A stretch of 61,617 bases of DNA, filler included, from 5 parts of 5 records of this genome joined end to end with filler, not necessarily neighbours in it; one strand, 5' to 3'. Positions 10,200-21,366 are shown, counted from the whole stretch's first letter. Translations and numbers: made by a program. Notes: a model not told the origin generated them from the sequence alone.

Positions 10200-11033
10200 C
10201 ATGGATTTGCCTTCGGCATATCCCATCTGTACTTCTGATCCGGTACCTGAGGTGAAGCGCATCTTGATACCACGGGAGGCATAAGCTGAAGCCAGAAATG
10301 CTTTGGACCAAGGAGTATCATCACCATCAACAAACACCTGCTCTGTTCCATATACAGAAACCGTTTCTGCATAAGCTGTAAGACCACGCATACCCATTTG
10401 GAGTTCAAGCGCTTCTTCCACAGCACACTGGGAAAGAGTACCAGGACGACCAACCTGTCCACCTATCAGCAGACACATGGCGTTCATTGGTGCATATCGT
10501 CCTACACCAACGGTTGTTTCGATCTCTGCAAAACCGCGAAAACTTGCTTCGGCAGAGTCAGCAGCCAACAAGGCTGGTGAGTCTTTGACATTAGTGACGT
10601 GGGCTTGGTTAGCTGGGGTTTTACGCGGGCGAAGTTTTTGCATCGCCATCATCATTTCAACCACATTGAGCCGCTTGAGAACGTCAACATACTTTGCTGG
10701 GGTCATCCCAACAGAGAGTCGAACAACATCTTTACGCGGGACGTTGATATCAACAAGCATTCTGGCAATTTCATTTGAATCCATTGCCATAGCTTCTTCA
10801 GCAACTGCAGTATCGATACAGTGATCTGCGATAAAGCTATCGATCATGTCGAAATCATTCCGGGCTTTCCCATCAAGCTCGGCAACCTTACCACCTTCTA
10901 TTTTTATACTAGGAACTGGGTCGTTGGGGCTGTCCATTGCTACAAGCCCTACATCAACCCATTCCTTGATAAAACCGTCCTTGTTGACGGCTCGATTTTC
11001 GAGTACCTCGAATCTTTTCTGACGCTTTGCCAT
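10200..11033 (-). CDS. pduC: B12-dependent propanediol/glycerol dehydratase large subunit (3'-truncated)
   Basis: KRFEVL...VNKDGF, NVVEMMMAMQK, NQAHVTN, ETTVG, YAETVSVYGTE, DGDDTPWSK, RFTSGTGSE. Confidence 0.95.
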
Positions 11034-11048
11034 TTTATTTATCCCTCC

Positions 11049-11858
11049 TTAAATGTAGGGGGTACCCATGGATTTAGGCTCTTCGCCCCATGCACCAAGT
11101 AACTGGTTGCCAACTTCTCTACCTGCAATAACAGCTTGGCGCACGGCACCGGAATCACCTGTTACCCAGATGAACACCTCGTTACTCATGGAGGTACCGT
11201 GGGCAGGGGAACCATATCCAACAACCTCTACGTCTGCTGATTTCACAGCCGTATCAACCATCAGCATACCAACGACTGCTGGTGCACCAAGAATCAAACC
11301 AAAGGCCTTACCTTCAGGTGTACCAAAGGCTTTTTCCAGACACTTACTTGCACGTGCTGAATATTGATTTTCTGTGTATCCCTGCTCATTGGCATACACA
11401 TCACCAAAATACTTAGGCAGTACGTCAAGGGTTACCTCAACAGCCCTTCGTGCATCGGATACATCTTCAGCACCAAAAACAATCAAGTTACCGTGACCAG
11501 CGCCACCCTTGGTATCTCTAGGCATTTCAACTTTAATAATTTCAGTGTTTGTGGCTTTCACAGCATCATCAGCCGCCATCAGGTGTGGTCCAGCGCCGAC
11601 CCTTGCACCAATAACACCGATTGAACGATACTTTTTATCAAAACCCATTAATTCATGAATTGCTGGGTCAAGGTTGGCGATAACGATACCCATGGTATCG
11701 CCCATCCCAGCACCGACAAACTCTGTGACTTTGATCAAATCAGCAGCATCTCCAAGCGATGCAGGGGCTGCAGCTTCAGCTGGTGCAGCTTCGGTTTTAT
11801 CACCACCGACTCTGTTCATTACCTCTTTCATTACTCTTTGAATCAATTCTTCTGACAT
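11049..11858 (-). CDS. pduB: Tandem-domain BMC shell protein PduB
   Basis: TEFVG...GDTMGIVIAN, GARVGAGPH, PRDTKGGAGHG, GTSMSNE, GDSGAVRQAV. N-terminal amphipathic helix followed by an Ala/Pro linker. Confidence 0.93.
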   Translation of the reverse strand: MSEELIQRVMKEVMNRVGGDKTEAAPAEAAAPASLGDAADLIKVTEFVGAGMGDTMGIVIANLDPAIHELMGFDKKYRSIGVIGARVGAGPHLMAADDAVKATNTEIIKVEMPRDTKGGAGHGNLIVFGAEDVSDARRAVEVTLDVLPKYFGDVYANEQGYTENQYSARASKCLEKAFGTPEGKAFGLILGAPAVVGMLMVDTAVKSADVEVVGYGSPAHGTSMSNEVFIWVTGDSGAVRQAVIAGREVGNQLLGAWGEEPKSMGTPYI

Positions 11859-11939
11859 TGGATATCTCCTCTAAATACTTGCCTATGCTTATTTTCTTCT
11901 GTTTTTTGCTCAGAAGGTAACGAGAGTAACTCGCTGCTG

Positions 11940-12227
11940 TTAATCCTTTTTCGCGGTTTCGGGCAGAATAGTTTCCACATCCTGATGTGGTCTTGGAATC
12001 ACATGTACAGATACTACTTCACCAACCTTTTCAGCAGCTGCGACACCTGCGTCGGTTGCGGCTTTTACCGCGCCAACATCACCCCTAACCATTGCTGTTA
12101 CCAAACCTGATCCGATCTGTTTTGTCCCAACCAGAACAACATTTGCAGCCTTCACCATGGCATCAGCAGCCTCGATATTGGCGACAAAACCTCGCGTTTC
12201 AATCATGCCTAAAGCTTCTTTTGTCAT
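11940..12227 (-). CDS. pduA: BMC-H shell protein (PduA/EutM family)
   Basis: [47 protein letters not shown]. Confidence 0.9.
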   Translation of the reverse strand: MTKEALGMIETRGFVANIEAADAMVKAANVVLVGTKQIGSGLVTAMVRGDVGAVKAATDAGVAAAEKVGEVVSVHVIPRPHQDVETILPETAKKD

Positions 12228-12264
12228 TGTTACTTCTCCTATCTCTTTGTAATTTAGTTGTTAC

Positions 12265-13221
12265 TTACCCAACAACCTTACCAACCAAACCAATAATAAA
12301 TGTCCCCACTGCAATTGCGCATGCTGGAGGATCTATATGATTACTTCCGTGATTCCAGAAAAGTCGTGCCATCAGTTCCTGTAGAAGTGCTGCGAGTATC
12401 CCTACTACTCCAGCAATCAGGATTGAATCAAAGGTGAGAAAAGCGATGGCCGAAAGGATCGACTGACAGTGCCACACTGGAAATTTTTGGATTTCGCCAG
12501 TACCGAGCTCCAGCGCAATCAACGATATAGCTGCAAAGGACCAACAAATAATCACAGGTACAACAGGACCACCTGGATTTGCGTAGGTTCCGCTCGCCAC
12601 CATCGTCTCCTTAATACCCATAGCCAGGCCACCGGACAAAAGACCAACACCGAGTCCTATGGTAATTAACTTGGATGGTGCGGCTGCCCAGGGAACCCAT
12701 GAAAGTGCTCCTTTGTCTGTACCGAGCAATCCGTTTTTCTTGATGGAATCCAGGTTGCCGAACGGCATCTCCTGATAGAAAAGAGCACGAGCTACAATTG
12801 CTATAATGGCAACGTCAAGTGCGATGATATCAAAGGTATTGATCACAGGGATCTTTGCCAAAACCTGCAGAAGCAAGTGAGCTATAACAGCACCAACACC
12901 ACCTACAACCAACACATCCCACGAAGTGTCTACAAGGGGAGAAAGAATATCTTTACCTGTTTCCGAAACTAGATTCTTTTTCACACCTGCGGCATACGTT
13001 ACAGCAACAACACCTGCACTAAATCCCCCCACATGCGGTCCGAAAATAGGTCCTAAACCTATCTGTAAGAGAATAAATTCTGTCCCGCCGCTCATAATGA
13101 CAACGCAACCAACGAGTACTATCAGCCCGCAGAGCACGAACGAAAACAGTCCTCCAAGGGCGGCACCTACTACTCCTCCTCCGAAGCAGATTAATAAAGT
13201 GCTTAAACTCATAGGATCCAT
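12265..13221 (-). CDS. Uncharacterised polytopic membrane protein, first gene of the pdu operon
   Basis: About 9-10 Gly-rich hydrophobic segments with motifs FGPHVGGF and NHIDPPA. AAGGAGG RBS at 13230-13236. Confidence 0.8.
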   Translation of the reverse strand: MDPMSLSTLLICFGGGVVGAALGGLFSFVLCGLIVLVGCVVIMSGGTEFILLQIGLGPIFGPHVGGFSAGVVAVTYAAGVKKNLVSETGKDILSPLVDTSWDVLVVGGVGAVIAHLLLQVLAKIPVINTFDIIALDVAIIAIVARALFYQEMPFGNLDSIKKNGLLGTDKGALSWVPWAAAPSKLITIGLGVGLLSGGLAMGIKETMVASGTYANPGGPVVPVIICWSFAAISLIALELGTGEIQKFPVWHCQSILSAIAFLTFDSILIAGVVGILAALLQELMARLFWNHGSNHIDPPACAIAVGTFIIGLVGKVVG

Positions 13222-13407
13222 TTCACTTGCCTCCTTACTAAGATTTTTAGATGAACAGATATATTCCAAGGAATATTAATGAACTTATTCTTGTACGGCC
13301 GGAACAGTTTCAAAATGTTATGGCTGGGCCAGAAGAACAGCATACGCCAGCTCTTCTTTTACAGGAACAATCCTAAGTCGCTAATTAATCAACTTTGTAA
13401 AGAGATA

Positions 13408-13463
13408 ACAATCCCGTCAAAGGAGGAAATAGCATCCCCCTTTAAGGGGAGAAAAAGGGGATA
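13408..13463. promoter_or_regulatory. Operator-like module A upstream of the pdu operon
   Basis: ACAATCCC...ATCCCC-TTTA-GGGG...GGGGATA with the same spacing as 14125-14180. Confidence 0.6.
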
Positions 13464-13545
13464 TGAGGGGGCAAGTTTTACGTTTGAAGATGCTTTTTTA
13501 CTGAGGAAAAAAAGAGGAAAATCGAGTGGGTTAAATGATTGCTTA

Positions 13546-13935
13546 TTATGATTGAGGGGTATTATTTACATCCAGAAAACTATTTATTTTCTTTATAATT
13601 TTAAGGCATTTAGTACTTTTCATTATGTAGCCATCGGCACCGGCAGCCATAACGCTTTTAATAATGTCATCATCTCCAAATGTCGTCAACATGACGATTT
13701 TCATCCCTGGAGCAACCTGCCGAAGACGTACTATAGTTTTTTCAGCTGGAGGACCAGGAAGTGCACAATCTATTATCGAAAGGTCTGGAATGGAAGAACA
13801 GATACCCGAAACTGCAGCTGTAGCATTTCTAGCTTCTCCCACAACCTGAAATTTGCCAACCTGCTCCAATTCAATTTTGAGACCAATACGTAAAAGAGGA
13901 TCATCCCCTGCTATAAATATCCTTTTACTCTTCAT
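13546..13935 (-). CDS. Stand-alone response-regulator receiver domain (NarL-like REC)
   Basis: IFIAGDD, SIIDCALPG (phosphoacceptor Asp), MLTT, GADGYIMK. No output domain. Confidence 0.8.
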   Translation of the reverse strand: MKSKRIFIAGDDPLLRIGLKIELEQVGKFQVVGEARNATAAVSGICSSIPDLSIIDCALPGPPAEKTIVRLRQVAPGMKIVMLTTFGDDDIIKSVMAAGADGYIMKSTKCLKIIKKINSFLDVNNTPQS

Positions 13936-14124
13936 TTTTCCCAAAAGAACCCTTTATGATCAATGGAATGAACATTTCCCTTTAACAGATTTAAAATTTT
14001 ACTCATCGACAGAAGACTTCTTTATTATCTGGCTGTACTTAAATATATTGTTAGCTATAAGCGCAGGTTTACTATGGAAGGGATGCATTCTAGTTTGAAA
14101 GGTACAATATAAAAGGTCGGGAAC

Positions 14125-14180
14125 ACAATCCCTCGAAGGGGAGGTATTATATCCCCTTTAGGGGTCATTCAGGGGGGATA
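14125..14180. promoter_or_regulatory. Operator-like module B upstream of the stand-alone receiver gene
   Basis: Collinear 56-bp counterpart of module A (ACAATCCC, ATCCCC-TTTA-GGGG, GGGGATA). Confidence 0.6.
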
Positions 14181-14187
14181 AAATACA

Positions 14188-14838
14188 CTATTGAAGGAGC
14201 CTTTTCTCTGAGGCTAACCTGACGGCCTCCACACGGTTTTTAACTCCCAGTTTCTTATAAATATTCTTCACATGACTTTTTACAGTTTCCAGGCTTATAA
14301 AAAGCTGGGCTGATATCTCTTTATTAGGCGTGCCCAAAGAAATATAGTTGAGTACTTCAATTTCTCTGGTTGTAAGACCATAATTCTTCTGTTCGTGCTT
14401 CTCCTCCCTGAGTCGTTCTTCCATACCAAGATTGACAAGATAGGGTGAAAAACACTCTTTCCCCGCACAGAAACTGCGAATAATATTTTCCAATTCATCA
14501 AGCGGGACATTCTTTAAGAGATACCCGTCAGCTCCTGCTCCCATGGCCTCTCTTACAAACTTTTCTTCATTAAAAGTGGACAAGATCAGGAGCTTCACAT
14601 CCGGCCTGCTTTTCCTGAGAATCCTAATTACTGCAACTCCAGAAAGACCAGGCATATCCATATCAATCAGAGCTATATCTGGAGAATTTTCACTTATCCG
14701 CTCAACAGCGCTGTATCCATCAGAGGCCTCACCAACGAGGACAAATCCATCTTTTTGGCCAAGACTGTGCTTCAAACCTGTACGAATTAAAGGATGGTCA
14801 TCAGCGAGAAATATTTTAATCTCTTTATCTTTTCCCAT
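14188..14838 (-). CDS. NarL/LuxR-family response regulator
   Basis: LADDH, LIDMDMPG, GYLLK and LuxR HTH LTTREIEVL...NKEIS...TVKSHVKNIYKKLGV. AGGGAGGG RBS before the ATG at 14838. Confidence 0.93.
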   Translation of the reverse strand: MGKDKEIKIFLADDHPLIRTGLKHSLGQKDGFVLVGEASDGYSAVERISENSPDIALIDMDMPGLSGVAVIRILRKSRPDVKLLILSTFNEEKFVREAMGAGADGYLLKNVPLDELENIIRSFCAGKECFSPYLVNLGMEERLREEKHEQKNYGLTTREIEVLNYISLGTPNKEISAQLFISLETVKSHVKNIYKKLGVKNRVEAVRLASEKRLLQ

Positions 14839-14902
14839 ATCCCTCCCTAATGCCCAACAATGAGTGTTGTATCGTCGGATACAATCTTCCGAAAATTCCC
14901 TT

Positions 14903-16576
14903 TTAATCACCCAGTGGTAGAACAAAGTTAAACATACATCCTTTATTCTGCGTATTTTCCTGTTCCTTCAGCGGCGAAACCACCCATATATAGCCATTAT
15001 GGGCATACACCACCAACCTGCAATAGGAAAGACCTAAACCTGTTCCTTTTCGCCCTTTCAATATACCTTCTTCATTTTTAATTCTGAAAAATTTATCGAA
15101 AACATCTTTTTGATATTTTTCAGGTATCCCTGGACCATAGTCTGTAATTGAGACAAGGCAGTAGGGTATATCTTGTCGAAGCCGTTTTACAATATGTCTG
15201 GGTATATCTTTCTTTTCATGTAATACAAATTTTTCCAAGCACACTTCTATTTTAGAACCTTCTGAACTATATTTTATTGCATTATCAATAAGATTGACAC
15301 TGGTTCTCAGCAGACGGGTACGGTCTCCATTGAATTCCTTGATTTCTTCACAAGGGGTAAAACTGATGCCTATTTTTTTTTCCATAGCAAAGAGTTGTAC
15401 CTGCTCGATACTTTTCATGAGTACCGACTCCATGCTCAACAGTTCTTTTCTTAATAGAAACTGACCGTTTTCACTCCGATAAATATCAAGAAAATCACTC
15501 ACCATTCCTAAAAGTTGATTGCCTGTGCCCAAGGCGAGTCGCAGCATTTCCATTTGCGTCACATTAAGGTCACCTAAAATCTGATCCACCAAAATCTGTA
15601 AAGCCTTTTGGATGGAAATAATAGGGTTTCCCATGTCATGGGTAAGCATTCCCACCAGGTCTTCTCTCATCTTCTCGGCTTTCTTCTCTTCTGTGATATC
15701 CCTTACAACCGCAACATACCCTTCTGTCTCCCTCTCGCTTCTAATTCCAGATAGGGCCAACTGGACAGGAAAGCTTCTCTGTTCACTATCAACTGCTGTA
15801 AGTCCAAACCGGCCGCTCTCTTCTTCGCCAAGGTCTACTTGTTTGTGAAAGGTTTTTATTGAAGAGGGGTCTGTGAAAAGAGAATAAAGGGAAAGACCGA
15901 CAATCCCTATTTTATCAGTGCCAAACATTACCGCGCCAGCTTCATTGACCTTTGTGATAATGAAATTGCCATCAGTAGCAATGATGCCGTCTGAAACAGA
16001 ATTGACCAATTTATTAAGATAACGCCTGGATCGCCTATAGGATATATATTTTTGGAGAGCCAGTTCACTTATAGTTCGTGTAACCACGGCCATAAGTCCG
16101 GCAATTTTTTTCAACTTGTCTCTATCTATGATGGGTACTGATTCTAATTCTTTAAGGTATCCATCTATATCCTTTACACCTATTTCAGTTGCCTTTTGAA
16201 TAGCAACAGACTCTTCCATAGGCTTTTCAAGAACCTGCCCCATGAGTACGTTGGCAAGATGAATTTCATCAATTATTATAGGAAAGGCGCTGTCCAAAAG
16301 ACCTGCATTCAGGCAATTATAAATAACAAACTTTTTTTGCCGTGCCGACTCCTGCCCCCCATAACTATCGCTATTGTAACACCTTTTAACACCTTTTGGG
16401 GTAGATCGACAAAATTTACAGCACAGGGAAGTGAAATTCTGGGGTTTTGTTATAGGCTTACCATTAACTTCAGTGATAATGGATGCAACTCCGGTAGCTT
16501 GAGTAAAATGATATAATATTTCATCGAGTGTATCTCTACTGATAAGGTCCAATAAATGGATATTATTATGTATCAT
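14903..16576 (-). CDS. Cytoplasmic sensor histidine kinase with PocR ligand-binding and PAS domains
   Basis: N-terminal Cys-patterned PocR-like domain (NFTSLCCKFCRS...RCYNSD...YNCLNAGL...MGQV), PAS, H-box THDMGNP, N-box NLIDNAIKY, G-boxes DYGPG and GTGLGL. No TM segment. Confidence 0.85.
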   Translation of the reverse strand: MIHNNIHLLDLISRDTLDEILYHFTQATGVASIITEVNGKPITKPQNFTSLCCKFCRSTPKGVKRCYNSDSYGGQESARQKKFVIYNCLNAGLLDSAFPIIIDEIHLANVLMGQVLEKPMEESVAIQKATEIGVKDIDGYLKELESVPIIDRDKLKKIAGLMAVVTRTISELALQKYISYRRSRRYLNKLVNSVSDGIIATDGNFIITKVNEAGAVMFGTDKIGIVGLSLYSLFTDPSSIKTFHKQVDLGEEESGRFGLTAVDSEQRSFPVQLALSGIRSERETEGYVAVVRDITEEKKAEKMREDLVGMLTHDMGNPIISIQKALQILVDQILGDLNVTQMEMLRLALGTGNQLLGMVSDFLDIYRSENGQFLLRKELLSMESVLMKSIEQVQLFAMEKKIGISFTPCEEIKEFNGDRTRLLRTSVNLIDNAIKYSSEGSKIEVCLEKFVLHEKKDIPRHIVKRLRQDIPYCLVSITDYGPGIPEKYQKDVFDKFFRIKNEEGILKGRKGTGLGLSYCRLVVYAHNGYIWVVSPLKEQENTQNKGCMFNFVLPLGD

Positions 16577-16717
16577 AACCCAGCTCGTACTTGAAAAAAC
16601 AAGGTAACCACCGTATTCATGAAAAAAACGGTTTTTTGTAAATCATCAGTTTCTGCTGTTTAACTCTTCGTACTCCCCATCTATTCAGCTATGAAATGAC
16701 ATCATATTTAATAAAAA

Positions 16718-17797
16718 TTAGTTATTTACCCGAAGTTTCATTGTTACTTCTTCGTTTTTATCTAGAAGAACCAACACATCTTTCTCTATCCTGTATGATT
16801 CTGTCTTATCCAGGGAAGCAAAAAAGACATTTTCAATGGAGACACTATCGGGACAGGCCATGCGAGTTGAAGCGAGTTTGTTAAAAATAAAAACATCCCC
16901 TTTAAAAAGAAAGGTACCGAAAAAACGATTACATCCGGCATATCCTTTTACCTTGTTCCCTTTAGCCTCAAGCACAAAAAACGGCGCTTTGCTTTTTGCA
17001 TCCAACTTCTTTCCAGCAATTTCAACAGCTGCCCAATGAATTCCAAAAAGGTTTTTTTTCACGATATTACCATTGCAGTCCTGGTCTGGGTAAATCCTGT
17101 TAAAACCAGTTACTACCATAATATCTTTATCTCTGAGTAGTTTGCCTTTTCTAGTTGGTAAAAGCTTTCCCTGAAAGGATACGAGGAGCGCTCTTTCTTT
17201 TTCATGGGGTGTATTGCGATAAGCCCTGTCAAGTTCAGTGAATTTTCCGCTGGGATCAACAGGAAAATCAAGCCCACTGGAACATTCCTTTAAGACATGA
17301 GTGTTACCAGATGACCTATACATACCACGCATTTTAACAACATCAGGAAAAGAATCGAAGGTCTCCTTTTTTTTAAGTTCATACTGTATCAAATTATCTT
17401 TAACTTCTCCTTCCAAATCAAGAAAGCTGAGTGTCTCCGCATCATTGATACTGTATGTCTTAAGGGCTCCTTTTCCTTTCCCAAGAATAATTAACTTTTC
17501 CTTTTCATCAAACCGCCATTTCCGCATCTGCGCCTCACTCTTAATAACCTCATTGTCTGCATACCAAGTCTTACGCAGCTGGTAGAGGTTATCTGGGCGC
17601 AGATTCAAATCTATGTTCACATAATCGCATTCAGCACAGGGAATTTTTCCAATGAAGGTCGCGGGGAGCCTAATTGGAAAGGCACTGTATTCTCCCTCAA
17701 ATGCAGTGTCAACCACGTCTGTTTTTTGGGAGGCACATCCGGTAATCAGCATGACCATAAAAAGGAAATAAAGGATATTATTCCATTTATTCTTCAT
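16718..17797 (-). CDS. Lipoprotein with NlpE/CutF N-terminal and META (HslJ) domains
   Basis: Lipobox LITGC, GKIPCAEC, C-terminal GYAGCNRFFG...ASTRMAC. Confidence 0.8.
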   Translation of the reverse strand: MKNKWNNILYFLFMVMLITGCASQKTDVVDTAFEGEYSAFPIRLPATFIGKIPCAECDYVNIDLNLRPDNLYQLRKTWYADNEVIKSEAQMRKWRFDEKEKLIILGKGKGALKTYSINDAETLSFLDLEGEVKDNLIQYELKKKETFDSFPDVVKMRGMYRSSGNTHVLKECSSGLDFPVDPSGKFTELDRAYRNTPHEKERALLVSFQGKLLPTRKGKLLRDKDIMVVTGFNRIYPDQDCNGNIVKKNLFGIHWAAVEIAGKKLDAKSKAPFFVLEAKGNKVKGYAGCNRFFGTFLFKGDVFIFNKLASTRMACPDSVSIENVFFASLDKTESYRIEKDVLVLLDKNEEVTMKLRVNN

Positions 17798-17873
17798 TGT
17801 GAACCATCCTTTATAGAAAAAAAAAAGAATATAAAGGTTACTCACCATTATTTTCTTTCTTTAGAAAAACCTC

Positions 17874-18896
17874 TTAGCAGTTTTCCTTTTTTAAATCCCT
17901 GCCAAAGAGATCGTTTACAGCCGCTCTACATGATTTATCTTCATAGATAACCTGGTAGACTTGATCAAGAATAGGTATATCAACATCTAATTTTTTGGCC
18001 AGATTGTAGCAGGATTTAGTCGTTTTGACCCCTTCTGCAACCATGGTCATTTCCGCAAGAATATGGTCTAACTTTTTACCTGATCCAAGGGCAAGTCCCA
18101 CAGTACGATTGCGACTCAAATCCCCGGTGCATGTCAGCACCAGATCTCCCATTCCCCCTAGGCCTGCAAATGTTGCCTTGTCAGCACCAAGAGCCACACC
18201 CACACGACTTATTTCAGCCAGTCCCCTTGTTATTAGTGCTGCCCTGGTGTTAAGTCCATATCCCAATCCATCAGATATACCGGCTGCTATAGCAATTATA
18301 TTTTTCATAGCACCACTAATTTCCAGGCCGACCACATCCGCAGATGAGTAGGTACGGAAATGTTCTGTTGAAAAAAGGTTCTGTACAGCAATGGCAGCTT
18401 CCTCATTTTTAAAAGCAACAGTGACAGCCGTAGGCTGATTCTCTGCAACTTCCTTTGCAAAGCTCGGCCCGCTGATGGCACCATAGGAGTATTTATGATG
18501 TGATTGCTTACTCTCGTCAACCATCACTTCATTCATTGTCATGCGTGTGCCTATCTCAATTCCCTTTACCGCTGAAACCACCAAGGTCGCATCCGCAAGC
18601 AGAGGTAAAACAGCTCTATACACCTCTCTATAAACGTGTGAAGGAACGACCATAACTACACACTGTGCATTTGTTACTGCTTCTTTAAGATCACTTGTCA
18701 GGGAAAGAGCAGCAGGTAGACTGAAACCTGGTAAAAACATTTTGTTTTCACGGTCTTTTTGTAGGTTTTCAATGTGCTCATCTTCATGCCCCCAAAGACA
18801 TACCTGTTCGCCCTTATTAGCTAAAAGTATTGCCAGGGATGAACCCCAGCTCCCTGCACCAATGATTGCAGTTTTATTGATCTTCGGAATTATCAT
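17874..18896 (-). CDS. gpsA: NAD(P)H-dependent glycerol-3-phosphate dehydrogenase
   Basis: [43 protein letters not shown]. Confidence 0.97.
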   Translation of the reverse strand: MIIPKINKTAIIGAGSWGSSLAILLANKGEQVCLWGHEDEHIENLQKDRENKMFLPGFSLPAALSLTSDLKEAVTNAQCVVMVVPSHVYREVYRAVLPLLADATLVVSAVKGIEIGTRMTMNEVMVDESKQSHHKYSYGAISGPSFAKEVAENQPTAVTVAFKNEEAAIAVQNLFSTEHFRTYSSADVVGLEISGAMKNIIAIAAGISDGLGYGLNTRAALITRGLAEISRVGVALGADKATFAGLGGMGDLVLTCTGDLSRNRTVGLALGSGKKLDHILAEMTMVAEGVKTTKSCYNLAKKLDVDIPILDQVYQVIYEDKSCRAAVNDLFGRDLKKENC

Positions 18897-21366
18897 CTTC
18901 TTCTATGTCCTCCACCATTTCTTCTTCACGCGCTAGCATGGACATGCCGACAACAATTTCATTGTCTTCAAGATTAATAAGGCGCACACCCTGAGTATTT
19001 CTGCCAATTATACGAACAGTATCCATAGCCATGCGAATCACTTTGCCAGAATTAGCTATAAGCATGACCTGATCTTCGTCAACAACCGGTAAGACGCCGA
19101 CAACTTTACCGTTTCTTTCGCTGGTTTTTATAGCAAAAACCCCTTTACCACCTCTATTTTGCAGCTTGTACTCCGACACTGCCGTGCGCTTACCATATCC
19201 GTTTTCGGTAACAGTTAAGATGGAATCATCACTTTTTATAACAGCAACACCGACAACTTCATCATCATCAGCCAGGCTTATACCCTTTACTCCTGCTGCC
19301 AGACGACCCATTGTTCTCACGTTGGATTCATGAAAGTGGATGGAAAGCCCCTTCTTCGTAACAAGGAAAATTTCGTCATCCCCTGTGGTAAGAGCTGCGG
19401 TGAGGATTTCATCCTCATCTTTAATAGTCAGGCCAAATTTCCCTTTACGTAGCGGTCTCTTATACTCTGTTATAGAAGTTTTCTTAACCCTCCCTAATTT
19501 GGTTACAGTCAAAACTGTCTGAGAATTGTCCACATTTGCAAGATCTGCAATGGGCAGGATAGCCGCCACTTTTTCCTCTTTACCAAGTTCAAGGAGATTT
19601 ACCACAGCCTTACCTCTTGCTGCCCTGCCTGCAAGGGGTAATTCATACACCTTTCTCCAAAATACTTTACCGCTGTTAGTAAAGAAGAGAAAGGTATCAA
19701 GATTTAAGGCCGTATACAGGTCAGTCACAAAATCATCTTCTAAAGTGGTCATTCCCTTGACCCCCTTCCCTCCCCTTCGTTGGGCTCGATAGAGGTTCAA
19801 TGGGTTTCGTTTTATGTACCCAGTATGTGAGACAGTTACGACCATCTCTTCAGGTATGATCATATCTTCAGGTAAGATATCGTCAGGTGCGTCTATTATC
19901 TCGGTGCGGCGTTCATCACCATAATCTTCCTTAATCTGATCCAGTTCCTCACGGATAATCTGAATAACCAGATCGTCATCGCTCAGAACCTTTTTTAACC
20001 AGTTAATTTTTTCCAGGATCTCATTATAATCCCTGATTATTTTATCTCTTTCAAGTCCAGTTAGACGTTGCAGCCGCATGTCAAGAATTGTCTGTGCCTG
20101 GATTTCCGAAAGTCCAAAGCGGCTTATCAATTCAGCCTTTGCCTCAGCCGGATTTGCAGAAGCCCTTATCAATTCCACAACTTCATCAAGGTTGCTAATC
20201 GCTATCTTTAAACCTTCTAAAATATGCGCCTTTTCCTCTGCCTTACGCAAATCAAAGGCAGTTCTGCGATACACCACAGTCCGTCGATGAGCCAGAAAAT
20301 GTTCCAGGACCTGTTTTATATTAAGAATTTCCGGTTTATTGTTGACGATGCATAACAAAATAATGCCAAAACTTTTTTGCAGCGGCGTCATCTTAAACAA
20401 TTGATTGAGAACAATATCGGGAATCTCGTCCCTTTTAAGATCAAGAACTATGCGAACTCCTTGACGATCAGACTCATCACGTATTTCGGCAATGGATGTT
20501 ATTCGCTTGTCCTTCATCAACTGGGCAATTTTTTCAACCAAGGTTGCCTTATTCTGCTGATAGGGAATCTCGGTAATGACTATTGATTCACTGTTTTTAC
20601 TGCGTTGCTCCACATGGGTGCAGGAACGCATGGTAACCACTCCTCTGCCTGTTTCATAGGCCTCACGGATGCCTGCCCTGCCGCAGATAAAACCCCCGGT
20701 TGGAAAGTCAGGTCCGGTTATCATCCCCATCAGTTGGTGAATGGTTATATTTTTATCTTCAATGAGTGCAATAAGCCCATTGATAACTTCGGTTAGGTTG
20801 TGAGGTGGTATCTTGGTAGCCATACCAACGGCTATACCTTCAGACCCGTTAATAAGAATATTGGGAATTTTTGAAGGAAGAACCGATGGCTCTTCCAAGG
20901 AGTTATCATAGTTGGGAACAAAATCGACCGTATCTTTATCCAGATCAGCAACTATTTCCTGATCGAGTTTGGTCATTCGTGCTTCAGTATAACGCATGGC
21001 CGCAGCTGAATCGCCATCCATGGAGCCAAAGTTCCCCTGCCCGTCAACCAGTGGGTAACGTAAAGAAAAAACCTGGGCCATCCGGACAATGGTATCATAG
21101 GCTGCGGTATCACCATGTGGGTGATACTTACCAATAACATCACCGACAATACGAGCTGATTTTATATACGGCCGATTATAGGTATTGCCCAATTCACGCA
21201 TGGCAAAAAGAGCCCTTCTATGCACTGGCTTTAACCCGTCCCTCACATCCGGTAGAGCCCTGCCTATGATTACCGACATTGCATAGTCGAGGTACGACTT
21301 GCTTAATTCTTTTTCGATGGATATGGTCGGTTTTTCCATTTCTGTTATTTCAGAAGATTCTGTCAT
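18874..21366 (-). CDS. gyrA: DNA gyrase subunit A
   Basis: [29 protein letters not shown], GyrA-box QRRGGKG, beta-pinwheel repeats. Confidence 0.99.
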   Translation of the reverse strand: MTESSEITEMEKPTISIEKELSKSYLDYAMSVIIGRALPDVRDGLKPVHRRALFAMRELGNTYNRPYIKSARIVGDVIGKYHPHGDTAAYDTIVRMAQVFSLRYPLVDGQGNFGSMDGDSAAAMRYTEARMTKLDQEIVADLDKDTVDFVPNYDNSLEEPSVLPSKIPNILINGSEGIAVGMATKIPPHNLTEVINGLIALIEDKNITIHQLMGMITGPDFPTGGFICGRAGIREAYETGRGVVTMRSCTHVEQRSKNSESIVITEIPYQQNKATLVEKIAQLMKDKRITSIAEIRDESDRQGVRIVLDLKRDEIPDIVLNQLFKMTPLQKSFGIILLCIVNNKPEILNIKQVLEHFLAHRRTVVYRRTAFDLRKAEEKAHILEGLKIAISNLDEVVELIRASANPAEAKAELISRFGLSEIQAQTILDMRLQRLTGLERDKIIRDYNEILEKINWLKKVLSDDDLVIQIIREELDQIKEDYGDERRTEIIDAPDDILPEDMIIPEEMVVTVSHTGYIKRNPLNLYRAQRRGGKGVKGMTTLEDDFVTDLYTALNLDTFLFFTNSGKVFWRKVYELPLAGRAARGKAVVNLLELGKEEKVAAILPIADLANVDNSQTVLTVTKLGRVKKTSITEYKRPLRKGKFGLTIKDEDEILTAALTTGDDEIFLVTKKGLSIHFHESNVRTMGRLAAGVKGISLADDDEVVGVAVIKSDDSILTVTENGYGKRTAVSEYKLQNRGGKGVFAIKTSERNGKVVGVLPVVDEDQVMLIANSGKVIRMAMDTVRIIGRNTQGVRLINLEDNEIVVGMSMLAREEEMVEDIEEDDNSEDQ

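Noticed and set aside
5564-12227. Functional link between PhnX-derived acetaldehyde and the adjacent microcompartment
   Set aside because: The two loci are separated by an artificial linker and may come from different genomes.
13279-13551. 90-aa plus-strand ORF
   Set aside because: Runs antisense through the pdu promoter/operator region with no protein motifs.
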